Positions 1 through 10,579 of a stretch of 64,000 nucleotides of DNA are shown in pieces; the first letter of the stretch is position 1, and the number at the start of each line of letters is the position of its first letter. The position numbers and the translations under genes are program-made. This DNA comes from an uncultured Candidatus Binatia bacterium (GTDB lineage: Bacteria > Desulfobacterota > Binatia > Bin18). The stretch spans positions 1,408,001-1,472,000 of the forward strand of contig OZ243961.1 of the NCBI GenBank assembly GCA_965214605.1. Direction: 5' to 3'. The notes beneath the pieces are model-generated. The model saw nothing but the letters and a program-made list of their open reading frames with translations. It was not told where the DNA came from and did no database searches.

Positions 1-1122
1 CCGTTCTATGATCTCGCCGTCTTTCTTCTCCTCACCCGAGTACTCTAGTTCGATCTTTCCAGCGGTTGAGGGATACAAGGCGTGCAGGTCGCTAATTCTG
101 GGCACAACGTCTGACTCACCAAGGCGCACAGCGCGCTTCTCGGCGTTGCTGAGCAAACTCTCAAAATTATTGATCGTCACCCGAACGCTGACACCTGAAG
201 CTTGGTTAATCTCGCCCGAATTGCGCGCCTCCATGGTCAGCTGGGCCAGAATTTCTTTCATAAACTGCGGCACTCGAAAAGCCCGTTCCCGGCGTGGAAA
301 GATCGTCACTTCTTGTTCCATGATCGAAATCTCATGGTCAAGCGAGCGCGGGTAATGGGTCCGAATCTGGACATCGAAGCGGTCCTTGAGAGGCGTAATA
401 ATCCGGCCCCGACTGGTGTAATCTTCCGGGTTAGCGCTAGCGACAATCATGACATCGACCGGTAGGCGAATTTTAAAACCCTTAATCTGGACGTCTTTTT
501 CTTCCATTAGGTTAAACAGACCGACCTGGACCTTTTCGGTCAGATCAGGCAACTCATTAATAGCAAAGATACCGCGATTGGTACGGGGAATGAGGCCATA
601 GTGGACGGTCTCTTCGTTTGACAGATAGCGGCCTTCAGCGATCTTGATCGGATCAACCTCACCGATCAAATCGGCCACCGCCACGTCTGGAGTGGCCAGT
701 TTTTCGGCGTAGCGTTCATCCCGTATCAGCCAGGCGATCTCCAAATCATCGCCCCTTTCGGCCGCCAGTCTCCTCCCCTGGGCCGTGATCGGGACAAAAG
801 GATTCTCTGGGATTTCTGCGTCCCGAATGACCGGAACATAGGGGTCTAATAGCGAGGTGAGGTTGCGAATAATCCGGGACTTGGCCTGGCCGCGTTCACC
901 CAGGAAGACCATGTGGTGGCCAGCCAGGACCGCATTCTCGACATCCGGAATCACACTGTCTTCATAGCCGATAATGCCGGGCAGGATCTGCTCACCCGTC
1001 GCAAGCATACGCAGCAAATTGGTCCGCATCTCTTCCCGCACGGAGAGCACCTGATAGCCCTCCTTTTTCAGATCTCCAAGCGTCCGAGCTTCCTGACGCA
1101 GGGTTTCGCTAGGGTGTTGCAC
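1..1122 (-). CDS. AAA+ ATPase, Mg-chelatase subunit I-like (Rv0958-type); 3' end runs off the window start; missing from the ORF track
   Basis: Manual translation from GTG at 1122 (GGAGAGG upstream): MQHPSETLRQEARTLGDLKKEG...FLGERGQAKSRI (Walker A variant)...GIFAINELPDL...ASANPEDYTSRGRIITPLKDRF; frame open to position 1. Confidence 0.85.
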   Translation of the reverse strand, partial: MQHPSETLRQEARTLGDLKKEGYQVLSVREEMRTNLLRMLATGEQILPGIIGYEDSVIPDVENAVLAGHHMVFLGERGQAKSRIIRNLTSLLDPYVPVIRDAEIPENPFVPITAQGRRLAAERGDDLEIAWLIRDERYAEKLATPDVAVADLIGEVDPIKIAEGRYLSNEETVHYGLIPRTNRGIFAINELPDLTEKVQVGLFNLMEEKDVQIKGFKIRLPVDVMIVASANPEDYTSRGRIITPLKDRFDVQIRTHYPRSLDHEISIMEQEVTIFPRRERAFRVPQFMKEILAQLTMEARNSGEINQASGVSVRVTINNFESLLSNAEKRAVRLGESDVVPRISDLHALYPSTAGKIELEYSGEEKKDGEIIER

Positions 1123-1130
1123 GACGATCT

Positions 1131-1502
1131 TTACCTCTCCTCTGCACTTTCAGTCTGGGGGCCCTGATCTAGGCGGGTTGGTACGCCGTCCAGCGGCGTG
1201 TTCGCCTGGGCTGAAGCCGTTTGATTATCCACCCGCAATCGGAGCTCTTTACCAACTTTGAACAACAACACGCGCTTGGCCGCCACCGAGACAACCGTAC
1301 CGTTGCGCGGATTGCGCCCCTCGCGAGCCGGGCGATACTTGATGATAAAACTCCCAAATCCCCGAATTTCGATCCGCTCGCCCTGCGTCAAGGCCTGCCT
1401 CATGCTATCAAACACCGCGTTGACCATGACTTCGGCCTCACGCCGCGAGAACCGGGGGTATCGCTCCGCCACTTCCTCGATAAGCTCCCGTTTCGTCACC
1501 AC
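1131..1502 (-). CDS. ihfB: Integration host factor subunit beta
   Basis: TKRELIEEVA...GERIEIRGFGSF...GRNPRNG...FKVGKELRLRVD; canonical position after rpsA. Confidence 0.9.
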   Translation of the reverse strand: MVTKRELIEEVAERYPRFSRREAEVMVNAVFDSMRQALTQGERIEIRGFGSFIIKYRPAREGRNPRNGTVVSVAAKRVLLFKVGKELRLRVDNQTASAQANTPLDGVPTRLDQGPQTESAEER

Positions 1503-1510
1503 CCTGCCCC

Positions 1511-3322
1511 TTAGGCTTTCTGCCGGTCATTCTTGTCCTCGGCGTCTTCCCGGTCGAGTCGTAATTCCTCGCCCAGAATATCTTCAAAGGAAAACCGCGC
1601 CTCTTCCCGCTCACGCTGTAAATAGGCCTCCATCTCGGCCCGCTCTTCGGTTCGACGCAGGGCTTTAATACTCAGCCCCATCTTGTGTTCACGAGCGTCA
1701 ATGTGGATGACCTCAGCCTCGACTTCAGTCCCAACGTCAAACAGCGCCGACGGTTTCTCAACCCGTTCGGTCGACAGCTGGGAAATATGGACCAGCCCCT
1801 CGACCCCGTCTTCAACCTTAACGAACACACCAAAATCGGTCACGCTGGTAATCTTGCCTTTGACGTGACTACCAATCGGATGGCGATCGGCCAGGGTCTG
1901 CCACGGATCAATCATCGCCTGTTTAATCCCCAGAGAGACCCGCTCATTTGCGACGTCAACTCCAAGGATAACCGCCTCAACCTCGTCGCCCTTTTTGAAC
2001 AGCTCTGAGGGGTGTTTGACCTTTTTTGTCCAATGGAGGTCAGAAATATGAGCGAGGCCGTCAATGCCGTCTTCGACCTCGACAAACACACCAAAATCGG
2101 TGATGCTCTTGACCTGGCCCGAGATATGGCTGCCGACCGGATGATTCATCCGTACCAGCTCCCACGGATTGGGCGAAATCTGTTTGAGTCCCAAGGAGAT
2201 ACGCCGGTGGTCAGGGCTAATGTCCAAGACCACAACGTTGATCTCATCCCCGACCGACAACAGCCTGGAGGGATGGGCGATACGCTTGGTCCACGACATT
2301 TCTGACACGTGCAGCAGCCCCTCGACCCCGCTCTCTAGCTCAACAAAGGCGCCGTAATCGGCCAGGCTAACGACTTTTCCGTGGACCCTGCCATCTACCC
2401 TATAGCGCTCGGCAACCGTGATCCAGGGGTCGGGAACTAACTGCTTAAGACCGAGCGAGACCCGTTCACGCTTCGCATCGTACTTTAAGACCACGACCTT
2501 GATGATTTCACCGGCCTTGACCATTTCCGATGGGTGGCTGACACGGCCCCACGACATATCGGTCACATGCAGCAGGCCATCAATGCCGCCCAGATCAACA
2601 AACGCCCCGTAGTCGGTGATGTTCTTGACCGTCCCCTCCAGAATGACCCCCTCTTCGATCAGCTTTAACGTCTCCTCGCGCAGGGCCGCCCGTTCTTGCT
2701 CTAATACCGTCCGTCGCGAGATGACCACGTTGGCCCGCGAGCGGTTATACTTTAAGACCGCGAATTTCTCCCGACGTCCGATAAAACGATCTAGATCCCG
2801 CACCGGCCGGAGGTCGACATGCGAGCCGGGTAGAAAGGCCGGGACCCCGATATCAACTTTCAGACCTCCTTTGACTTTGCCAACGATGCTGCCCTCGATG
2901 GGCACCCCTTTGGTATAGGCTTCTTCAATTTTGTGCCACACCCGAAACTGTTCCGCCTTGGCCCGAGACAGCACTATCCCTTCCTGCTCGGCGTCGGCTG
3001 AATCAAAAAAGACCTCAACCTCATCGCCCTCACTTATAGTGACTTCTCCATCGCGTGAGCGGAACTCAGCCACGGGGATTTGCCCCTCTGATTTATAGCC
3101 AATGTCGATCGTGACCATCTCCGGCCCAACGTTCACCACCCGCCCTCGGACGATCTCACCCGGTTTGACTGTCTGTAAACTCTCTTCAAACAGTTGGCTA
3201 AAATCTTCGCTCCCGACGTCCTGTCCTTCTTCGGGTGAGCTTTCCGGCTGAGCCAGGCTCTCCTCCGTGGCAACGCCGCCGTCTTGGGCCTGGGCTTCTT
3301 CGTGCTCGGTGTTATGTTCCAT
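1511..3322 (-). CDS. rpsA: 30S ribosomal protein S1
   Basis: Repeated S1 domains (DYGAFVDLGGIDGLLHVTDMSW, DFGVFV...GL.HIS); follows cmk. Confidence 0.98.
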   Translation of the reverse strand: MEHNTEHEEAQAQDGGVATEESLAQPESSPEEGQDVGSEDFSQLFEESLQTVKPGEIVRGRVVNVGPEMVTIDIGYKSEGQIPVAEFRSRDGEVTISEGDEVEVFFDSADAEQEGIVLSRAKAEQFRVWHKIEEAYTKGVPIEGSIVGKVKGGLKVDIGVPAFLPGSHVDLRPVRDLDRFIGRREKFAVLKYNRSRANVVISRRTVLEQERAALREETLKLIEEGVILEGTVKNITDYGAFVDLGGIDGLLHVTDMSWGRVSHPSEMVKAGEIIKVVVLKYDAKRERVSLGLKQLVPDPWITVAERYRVDGRVHGKVVSLADYGAFVELESGVEGLLHVSEMSWTKRIAHPSRLLSVGDEINVVVLDISPDHRRISLGLKQISPNPWELVRMNHPVGSHISGQVKSITDFGVFVEVEDGIDGLAHISDLHWTKKVKHPSELFKKGDEVEAVILGVDVANERVSLGIKQAMIDPWQTLADRHPIGSHVKGKITSVTDFGVFVKVEDGVEGLVHISQLSTERVEKPSALFDVGTEVEAEVIHIDAREHKMGLSIKALRRTEERAEMEAYLQREREEARFSFEDILGEELRLDREDAEDKNDRQKA

Positions 3323-3402
3323 GTTTGTGTGTACCCCCTAGGAAGCTCCTTGCTCCTTGCTTTTCCCATACTCCCCTCTCCATCAGGTTGCAAGAGCTGG
3401 GC

Positions 3403-4101
3403 CTAGTACTTTTTCCTTTTTTCATCGCCACTTGCGCAGTTCTTCGTGTAATTGACAAGCGTGTCCACTACTTCTGTCAGGCTGAAGTCGGTGGTGTCAA
3501 GAATAACGGCGTCAGAGGCCGGGCGCAGCGGCGCATGGTTGCGTCCCCGATCCCGTTCGTCCCGTTCCTCCATATCGCTACGTATCAGCGCCAGAGAAGT
3601 TGAGACGCCTTTTTGGCGTAATTCTCGGTAGCGACGGCGGCTGCGTTCTTCGGCCGAGGCGTCAAGATAGACCTTAAGGTCGGCATCAGGAAAGACTACG
3701 GTGCCAATATCCCTCCCCTCAACGACCACCCCTCCGCCGCGGCCCAACTCGCGCTGGAGTGCTAGCAAACGCTCACGCACGAGCGGCTGAGTGGAGACCT
3801 TGGATGCCATCCGGCTTACCTCAGGACGCCGAATCTGCTCGGTCACATCCCGCTGGCCCAGAAAAAGACGCTGGCCGCTCGGCCCCGGCTCAAAGCGCAC
3901 CTTGAGCGCCTCGCACACCAGTGCCAAACCCTCAACGTCGTCAGGAGCGAGCTGTCGCTCCCAGGCCAACAGGCCGACTGCCCGGTACAACGCCCCGGTG
4001 TCAAGATAGCGATAGCCGAGGCGTTCGGCCAACAAGCGGCTGGTCGAGCTTTTTCCGGATCCAGCCGGACCGTCTAGGGCAATCGTCAGACTTGTTTTCA
4101 T
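3403..4101 (-). CDS. cmk: Cytidylate kinase
   Basis: IALDGPAGSGKSS, LDTGALYR, VVEGRDIGTVVFPDA. Confidence 0.97.
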   Translation of the reverse strand: MKTSLTIALDGPAGSGKSSTSRLLAERLGYRYLDTGALYRAVGLLAWERQLAPDDVEGLALVCEALKVRFEPGPSGQRLFLGQRDVTEQIRRPEVSRMASKVSTQPLVRERLLALQRELGRGGGVVVEGRDIGTVVFPDADLKVYLDASAEERSRRRYRELRQKGVSTSLALIRSDMEERDERDRGRNHAPLRPASDAVILDTTDFSLTEVVDTLVNYTKNCASGDEKRKKY

Positions 4102-4105
4102 GCGC

Positions 4106-5443
4106 TTATCGGACAGTCTGGATAGCGACGCCGCCTAGCTCCTGCAACATACTGTGGAAGCCTGGAAATGAAATATCAACGCAGCTGGCCTGGTCTACAA
4201 CCAGCGGCCCGGCCGCCCGCAGTCCGGCCACGCTAAGCGCCATGGCGATGCGGTGATCGCCCCCACTGAAGACGGTCGCGGCCCGAAACGGCCGACCCTG
4301 GGTGGACCGGCCCTTGATGACCAGCCCATCCGGCAGCTCGGTCACGCCGACGCCGAGCCCCCGGAGCGCAGCGGCAATAGTCTGCAGCCGATCGCTCTCC
4401 TTCACCCGCAGCTCCTGAGCCCCACGAATCACAGTTGTGCCCTCGGCACACGCCGCAACCACTGCAATAATTGGAAACTCATCAATAGCTCGGACGACCA
4501 ACTCTCCATCAATCCGCGTGCCACGCAGCCGGCTGGAGTGGACCACCACATCGCCCACCGGCTCGCCACCCACCTGGCGTTGGTTATCAATGCGCAGCGC
4601 TCCACCCATCGCTCGGAAGATATCGAGTACCCCGGTCCGGGTCGGATTCAGCCCCACGCCACGGACGCGCAGGTCGGAGCCCGGCACAATCAGTCCCGCC
4701 CCGATAAAAAAAGCGGCTGCCGATAGATCGCCGGGCACCTCAAGCTCACAAGCATGCAGCCGCTGTTCACCCACGACAGAGACTCTTGTGCCCCGCACCT
4801 CGACCCGGCCACCGAACGCCGTCAGCATCCGCTCGGTATGATCACGGGAACGGACGGGTTCCCAGACCTGGGTCGTGCCCCGAGCCTGGAGCCCAGCTAG
4901 GAGAATGGCCGACTTAACCTGGGCGCTGGCCACCGGGCTGTGGTAGCATATCGCCTGAAGCATCTGATCTGGGTCGAGGCCCCGGATGTGTAGGGGCACG
5001 CGGTTTGTTCCGCCCTCACCTGTGATCCTCGCCCCCATCCGGCTCAGCGGATCAATCACCCGGTCCATCGGCCGGCTGCGCAGCGACGCGTCGCCGTCAA
5101 GCCAAGAGGCAAAAGCACGGCCCGATAAAACGCCGCACAACAGGCGGGTGGTCGTCCCCGAATTACCGCAGGCAAGGGGTACTGACGGAGCCCGCAGCCC
5201 GTCCCAACCCCGACCTGTGACGATCACCTCGGTGCCGTCATGAGCAATGTCGACCCCGAGTTCTCGGAAAACGCCGATCGTACTGCGGTTATCCCCGCCC
5301 AAAGAACAGTTGCGGATGCGGCTCTGGCCGTGGGCGACCGAGGCAAACATGACCGCCCGATGGCTGATCGACTTGTCGCCAGGCAAGCTGAGTTCTCCAC
5401 GCATCCCAGCCAAGGCGGGGTTGATGAGCAAGGCATCGGTCAT
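4106..5443 (-). CDS. aroA: 3-phosphoshikimate 1-carboxyvinyltransferase (EPSP synthase)
   Basis: PGDKSISHRA, GNSGTT, SAQVKSA, RDHTERML, ELRVKESDR, DHRIAM. Confidence 0.97.
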   Translation of the reverse strand: MTDALLINPALAGMRGELSLPGDKSISHRAVMFASVAHGQSRIRNCSLGGDNRSTIGVFRELGVDIAHDGTEVIVTGRGWDGLRAPSVPLACGNSGTTTRLLCGVLSGRAFASWLDGDASLRSRPMDRVIDPLSRMGARITGEGGTNRVPLHIRGLDPDQMLQAICYHSPVASAQVKSAILLAGLQARGTTQVWEPVRSRDHTERMLTAFGGRVEVRGTRVSVVGEQRLHACELEVPGDLSAAAFFIGAGLIVPGSDLRVRGVGLNPTRTGVLDIFRAMGGALRIDNQRQVGGEPVGDVVVHSSRLRGTRIDGELVVRAIDEFPIIAVVAACAEGTTVIRGAQELRVKESDRLQTIAAALRGLGVGVTELPDGLVIKGRSTQGRPFRAATVFSGGDHRIAMALSVAGLRAAGPLVVDQASCVDISFPGFHSMLQELGGVAIQTVR

Positions 5444-6321
5444 GACTGGTCTCGCAGGCGCGTCAAACGCTGCCGTTCTGTCCGGGCCGCAGCCACCGCC
5501 TCGGCCAGAGTCTGGCCGTCAGCCTCAGCAATAGCCGCTTTGAAGTCAGCTAAGGCAGTCTCAAACTCAGTCACCGCAGCCAACAGTGCCCGGCGATTCT
5601 CAAGGCAAATATCCCGCCACATCTCAACCGGACTGGCCGCGACCCGGCTCAGATCATGAAAGGCGCTGCCCGCGTAGGCTAGGGCATCCACGCCGGACAG
5701 CGGGTGGGCCAGCACGGCGTTCATCACACTAAAGGCAATCACATGCGGCAGGTGACTGACCCGCGCTAGCACCTGATCGTGGACCCGCATGTCCATCTCT
5801 TCGACCCGCATGCCAACCGTCTGCCACAGATCGCGGACGCGGGCTAAAGCGACCGGATCGGTGGTCGGGGTCGGAGTCAACACACACAGCCGATTTTCAA
5901 ACAGTGAGGCAAAGGCCGCTGCCGCACCGGCCTGCTCAGTCCCGGCAATCGGATGCGCCCCCACACAGGGCAGAGATGGTGGCAGGATCTCCTCCAATAC
6001 CGTCACCACACGTTCTTTGACGCTGCCCGCATCGGTAATAATACAGCCGGGTGGCAAATAGGGGATGAACTGCTCCATCACCCGCCGGGTGGCGGCAACC
6101 GGCACGGCCAACAGCAACAGGTCTGTCCCCTGAGCCGCCTCGGCTGGATCAAAAGTATAGGCGTCAATACAACCACGCTCCAGCGCAATCTTGAGGTTGG
6201 ATTCGGTCCGACCAAAACCGATCACCTCGCCGACCAGACCGCGCTGACGGGCGGCCAGCCCCAGCGAGCCGCCGATCAGACCAACCCCGACAATGAGCAG
6301 ACGGTGGAAGAGAACGGCCAT
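5440..6321 (-). CDS. tyrA: Prephenate/arogenate dehydrogenase
   Basis: GVGLIGGS Rossmann motif, DAGSVK, HPIAGTE, HD...SHLPH. Confidence 0.93.
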   Translation of the reverse strand: MAVLFHRLLIVGVGLIGGSLGLAARQRGLVGEVIGFGRTESNLKIALERGCIDAYTFDPAEAAQGTDLLLLAVPVAATRRVMEQFIPYLPPGCIITDAGSVKERVVTVLEEILPPSLPCVGAHPIAGTEQAGAAAAFASLFENRLCVLTPTPTTDPVALARVRDLWQTVGMRVEEMDMRVHDQVLARVSHLPHVIAFSVMNAVLAHPLSGVDALAYAGSAFHDLSRVAASPVEMWRDICLENRRALLAAVTEFETALADFKAAIAEADGQTLAEAVAAARTERQRLTRLRDQS

Positions 6322-6327
6322 ACGTTT

Positions 6328-7419
6328 TTACGCTTTCTTGACAATCTGCTCCATCACTCGAATAAAGCGCTCGTTCTCGTGCCGAGTGCCGACGCTTACC
6401 CGGGCGTAGCCGGGATAGCCATAACCCTCCATCGGTCGGACAATAATTCCGGCCGGCAACAGCTGTTCTGCAACTCCGGCCCCAATTTTGACCAGCAGAA
6501 AGTTGGCCCAGCTCGGAGTGTACTCCAAGCCCAAGCGGTCTAGCTCGGCACGTAAATAGGCCAAACCCTGCGCGTTGTTGTCCTGAGTGCGACGAATATG
6601 CGTCTCATCGTCCAGGGCGGCCAAGGCCCCGACCTGGGCTAAGCTATTGACGTTAAACGGCTGACGAATGCGGTTGAGGGCATCAATCAGCTGGGGCGAA
6701 GAGATACCGTAGCCGATCCGCAGCCCGGCCAAACCGTAGATCTTAGAGAAGGTGCGCAGGGTGACGATGAGCCGGTCGTCGCTCTGATAATCGAGCGAGT
6801 TTGGATAGTCCGGGTCATTCACAAACTCAAGGTACGCCTCGTCGACCACAATCACCACTTCAGGCGGTACGCGCAGCAAAAACGCTTCCCACTCGTCGCG
6901 GGTATAGATCGTCCCGGTGGGGTTATTGGGATTATCCAGAAAGACGATCCGGGTATCCGCGGTCACGGCCTCGGCCATGGCCGCGAGGTCAAACCGAAAG
7001 CCTCTATGTGGAACCGTAATCGTCCGTCCTCCTGCGGCTTTATTCACCAAATGGTAAACGGCAAAGGCGTGAGCACCGACCACGATAGCCTCACCGACCC
7101 GTACAAAGGTCCGCACGATCATTTCAATCAGCTCGTTTGAGCCGTTCCCCATAATCAGGCGCGAGCGGTCGAGCCCAAGCTTTTCGGACAGGCGCTTTTT
7201 CAGATAAAACGCGTCGCCGTCGGGATAGAGATTGAGGGCGGGCAGAGCGGTCGTAATCGCCGAGACCGCCTTGGGCGAGGGACCGAGAGGATTTTCGTTT
7301 GAGGCGATTTTAATCGAGTCGGTGATGCCATAGTCACGTTCGACCTCTTCGACCGGCTTGCCGGGCTGGTACGGCCTCAGAGACAGAATCCATTCAGGAA
7401 CATATTTCTCAATATCCAT
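6328..7419 (-). CDS. hisC: Histidinol-phosphate/aromatic aminotransferase
   Basis: ASNENPLG, NPNNPTG, DEAY, RTFSKIYGLAGLRIG; pheA-hisC-tyrA synteny. Confidence 0.95.
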   Translation of the reverse strand: MDIEKYVPEWILSLRPYQPGKPVEEVERDYGITDSIKIASNENPLGPSPKAVSAITTALPALNLYPDGDAFYLKKRLSEKLGLDRSRLIMGNGSNELIEMIVRTFVRVGEAIVVGAHAFAVYHLVNKAAGGRTITVPHRGFRFDLAAMAEAVTADTRIVFLDNPNNPTGTIYTRDEWEAFLLRVPPEVVIVVDEAYLEFVNDPDYPNSLDYQSDDRLIVTLRTFSKIYGLAGLRIGYGISSPQLIDALNRIRQPFNVNSLAQVGALAALDDETHIRRTQDNNAQGLAYLRAELDRLGLEYTPSWANFLLVKIGAGVAEQLLPAGIIVRPMEGYGYPGYARVSVGTRHENERFIRVMEQIVKKA

Positions 7420-7475
7420 ACGTTCTCACCCCAGCGGTTGTGACCGGACACGATCCCCAGTGATATCGGACCCGC

Positions 7476-8579
7476 TTAGGGTCGGCTGGCCAATTTTTCG
7501 GTCGCATACGAGCCCAGGATCCTGACCTGAACGCACAGCGGCTCAATCTCTTGGAGCGCCCGAGCCAGGGGGGGATCCTCCCTATGGCCTTCCACATCAA
7601 TAAAAAACAGATACTCCCAGGGTTTGCCCTTGAGCGGACGCGACTCAATACGTAGCATATTGATCGCGTTGTCGGCAAAAGGTTTGAGCATTTGGTACAG
7701 GGCACCCGCCTTGTCCTTGACCGACACGAACAGGGCGGTTTTATCGTAGCCGGTCGGTTTTGAGGGCTGTTCATGGCCTAATATGGCAAAGCGGGTGAAG
7801 TTGGCGGTCTGATCCTGGATATCGGCGGCCAGCACCCTGAGCTTATACTCCTCACCCGCTAGACGGCTGGCAATGGCCGCTGTTCGGGTGTCACGGGCGG
7901 CCAGTTCGGCCGCCCGTGAGTTACTACTGGCTTCTTCAACAGCCGCGCTCGACAGGTGGGTGGCCAACCAGCGCCGGCACTGGGCTAAGGCCTGTGGATG
8001 GGCTAAGACCCGCTCCACCCGCTCCATCCGTGCCTCACGACTGAGCAGACAGTGACGGATGGCCAGGGAGCGTTCGGCAATAATATTGAGCGGCGATTCG
8101 ACAAACAGGTCAAGCGTAATATCGACCGCTCCGCCGGTCGAATTTTCGATCGGCACCATCCCGTAATCGGTGTGCCCGTGCTCGACCTCGGCAAATACCT
8201 CGGGAATAGTCGAGACTGGGACGCACTCGGCCTGAGCGCCAAACTGTTCACGGACGGCCATATGGGTGTATGACGCGGCCGGCCCTAGATAGGCAATCCT
8301 GGGCAGCTGTTCGAGAGCTCGCGAGGCTGAGATGATCTCGCGATAGATGGCCTGCACGGCGCGGGTTGAGAGCGGGCCATCATTTAATTCGGCTAGGCGG
8401 GCCATGATCTGGTGTTCGCGGCTCGGCACATAGGCCGCGGCCTGATCGCTGACCTTGGCCCGGCCAACGCGTTGGGCCACGCTCGCCCGGCGATTAATGA
8501 GACGGATAATCTGGGCGTCAATCTGGTCAATTTTTTCACGGAGGAGAGCGAGTGAAGCAACTGGACGTTTTTTCGGCAC
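7476..8579 (-). CDS. pheA: Chorismate mutase/prephenate dehydratase (P-protein)
   Basis: N-terminal LREKIDQID mutase domain, PIENSTGG, NFTRF, ACT domain IESRP...WEYLFFID. Confidence 0.96.
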   Translation of the reverse strand: MPKKRPVASLALLREKIDQIDAQIIRLINRRASVAQRVGRAKVSDQAAAYVPSREHQIMARLAELNDGPLSTRAVQAIYREIISASRALEQLPRIAYLGPAASYTHMAVREQFGAQAECVPVSTIPEVFAEVEHGHTDYGMVPIENSTGGAVDITLDLFVESPLNIIAERSLAIRHCLLSREARMERVERVLAHPQALAQCRRWLATHLSSAAVEEASSNSRAAELAARDTRTAAIASRLAGEEYKLRVLAADIQDQTANFTRFAILGHEQPSKPTGYDKTALFVSVKDKAGALYQMLKPFADNAINMLRIESRPLKGKPWEYLFFIDVEGHREDPPLARALQEIEPLCVQVRILGSYATEKLASRP

Positions 8580-8658
8580 GGATCATTTTGTACTATGATT
8601 CACACCCCACGTCTATCGGTCTTCAGTCTGCCTCTCTCAAGTCGCTGCAACGGCGAGC

Positions 8659-9633
8659 TCAGCGGCTGGGGTCAAGCACTGCCGCCGTCCCCATACGCCG
8701 AAACTTTTCGTAGCGTCGGGCCAGCAGCTGATCCAGCGGCAGGCTAACGACCTCGTGCAGATGACGGGCGAGAGCCTGCCCAACGGCGGTCATGGCCGCC
8801 TGCGGATGGCGATGCGCTCCGCCCTGCGGCTCAGGTACGATCTCGTCAGTTACCCCTAGGCGCAAGAGATCAGGGGCGGTAATCTTCATCGCTTCAGCTG
8901 CCTTGGCCACCCGTTCGGGGGCGCGCTCGCCGTACAGAATAGCGGCGCAGCCTTCCGGGGTAATGACCGAATAACACGCGTGTTCTTGCATCAAGACCCG
9001 ATCACCGACCCCCAGTGCTAAAGCTCCACCACTGCCTCCTTCGCCGATCACCACCACAATCACAGGCGTCCGTAACCCGGCCAGCTCACGGATATTACGG
9101 GCAATAGCTTCAGCCTGGCCGCGCTCTTCGGCACCCACTCCAGGGTAAGCGCCTTGGGTATCAATAAAGGACACCACCGGGCGCGCAAAGCGCTCCGCTA
9201 GCTGGAACAAACGCAGCGCTTTTCGGTACCCCTCTGGACGGGGCATGCCAAAATTCCGGTAGACCTTTTCCTGGACCGTTCTGCCGCGCTGGTGCCCGAC
9301 GATAACGATGGCTCGTCCCTGGAAGCGGAGCAGGCCACCGACAATGGCCGGGTCATCGGCAAACGCTCGGTCGCCGTGGAGTTCGACGAACTCGCTGCCC
9401 AAAAACCGAATATAATCCAGGGTATAGGGCCGGTCGGTATGGCGCGAGAGTTGGACCCGCTGCCAGGGCAGTAGGGCCTTGTAAATCTCCGCCTCCTGAG
9501 CCTGCTGCCGTTCGGTCAGCCGGACCAGCTCGGCCCGCTCCTCAGCCGAGCAATCTTCTCGGCGACCCAGCACCTCAATCCGCTCATCGATCTCGCTCAG
9601 CCCCTGCTCAAAATCCAGATAGGTCGTCTGCAC
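8659..9633 (-). CDS. accA: Acetyl-CoA carboxylase carboxyltransferase alpha; start moved to GTG 9633
   Basis: YLDFEQ N-terminus, ELHGDRAFADD, NFGMPRPEGYRKA, IDTQGAYPG, GEGGSGGA. Confidence 0.96.
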   Translation of the reverse strand: MQTTYLDFEQGLSEIDERIEVLGRREDCSAEERAELVRLTERQQAQEAEIYKALLPWQRVQLSRHTDRPYTLDYIRFLGSEFVELHGDRAFADDPAIVGGLLRFQGRAIVIVGHQRGRTVQEKVYRNFGMPRPEGYRKALRLFQLAERFARPVVSFIDTQGAYPGVGAEERGQAEAIARNIRELAGLRTPVIVVVIGEGGSGGALALGVGDRVLMQEHACYSVITPEGCAAILYGERAPERVAKAAEAMKITAPDLLRLGVTDEIVPEPQGGAHRHPQAAMTAVGQALARHLHEVVSLPLDQLLARRYEKFRRMGTAAVLDPSR

Positions 9634-9647
9634 AGCTCTCCCCTTAA

Positions 9648-10568
9648 TCAAGTCTGTAAAAATCTTACGACCATAGCCCGAATCTGGCCGAGTTGGTCTG
9701 GCCCAAACCAACACACCTCGGGATCAGCGCGAAACCATGTCATCTGCCGTTTGGCCAGCCGCCGGGTGTGTTGAGCCATGTTGGCCAGCGCCTCTTCCAG
9801 CCTACACCCGTGCTCAAGGACACGTCGCATCTGGGCATAGCCAATCGTCTGTAGAACGGGCAGGTCGGGGCTGTAGCCCCGCTGCCACAGCCCGCGCAGC
9901 TCTTCCGCTAACCCGTTCTTGACCATCTGCCGGCAGCGCAGACTAATCCGTTCGTATAGGCGGGCACGGTCTAGATCGAGTCCAATTATCAAGGTGTCAA
10001 AAGGTCGCTCTCGAAAGCCGTGCTGCGCCTGCCACTGACTGAGCGGGGTACCGCTGAGTAGAAACACCTCTAAGGCCCGGATGAGGCGCAGGACATCGCG
10101 CGGATGCAGGCGGGCGGCGGTTGGTGGATCGCACTGTTGAAGCTGGCGGTGCAAAAAGCCGCCGCCCGCTTCGTCTTCCTGCTGCTGCAGACGGGCTCGC
10201 AGCGCGCTATCGGCCGGCGGGCCATCGAACAGTCCGCATGTCAGGGCTCGGATGTAGAGCCCGGCCCCGCCAACCACAAAGGCATGTTTTCCGCGCCGCA
10301 CAATATCGTCGATGGCGGACTGAGCCAGCTTACGAAAACGCGCCACATCAAAACCCGCATCCGGCTCAACCACATCGAGCAAATGATGGCGAGCGGCGCG
10401 CCGTTCGTGGGGTGTGGGTTTAGCCGTCCCGATATCAAGATGGCGGTACACCTGGCGGGAATCAGCGCTCACGATTTCGGCGTTACATTGGCCGGCCAGC
10501 TCAACCCCCAGGGACGTTTTTCCGCTGGCCGTTGGTCCGGCAATTACAACAAGCTGCGGCTTCCCCAT
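9648..10568 (-). CDS. miaA: tRNA dimethylallyltransferase
   Basis: GPTASGKT, SADSRQVY...DIGTAKP, RRLAKRQMTWFR. Confidence 0.97.
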   Translation of the reverse strand: MGKPQLVVIAGPTASGKTSLGVELAGQCNAEIVSADSRQVYRHLDIGTAKPTPHERRAARHHLLDVVEPDAGFDVARFRKLAQSAIDDIVRRGKHAFVVGGAGLYIRALTCGLFDGPPADSALRARLQQQEDEAGGGFLHRQLQQCDPPTAARLHPRDVLRLIRALEVFLLSGTPLSQWQAQHGFRERPFDTLIIGLDLDRARLYERISLRCRQMVKNGLAEELRGLWQRGYSPDLPVLQTIGYAQMRRVLEHGCRLEEALANMAQHTRRLAKRQMTWFRADPEVCWFGPDQLGQIRAMVVRFLQT

Positions 10569-10579
10569 GTTCCAATGAT

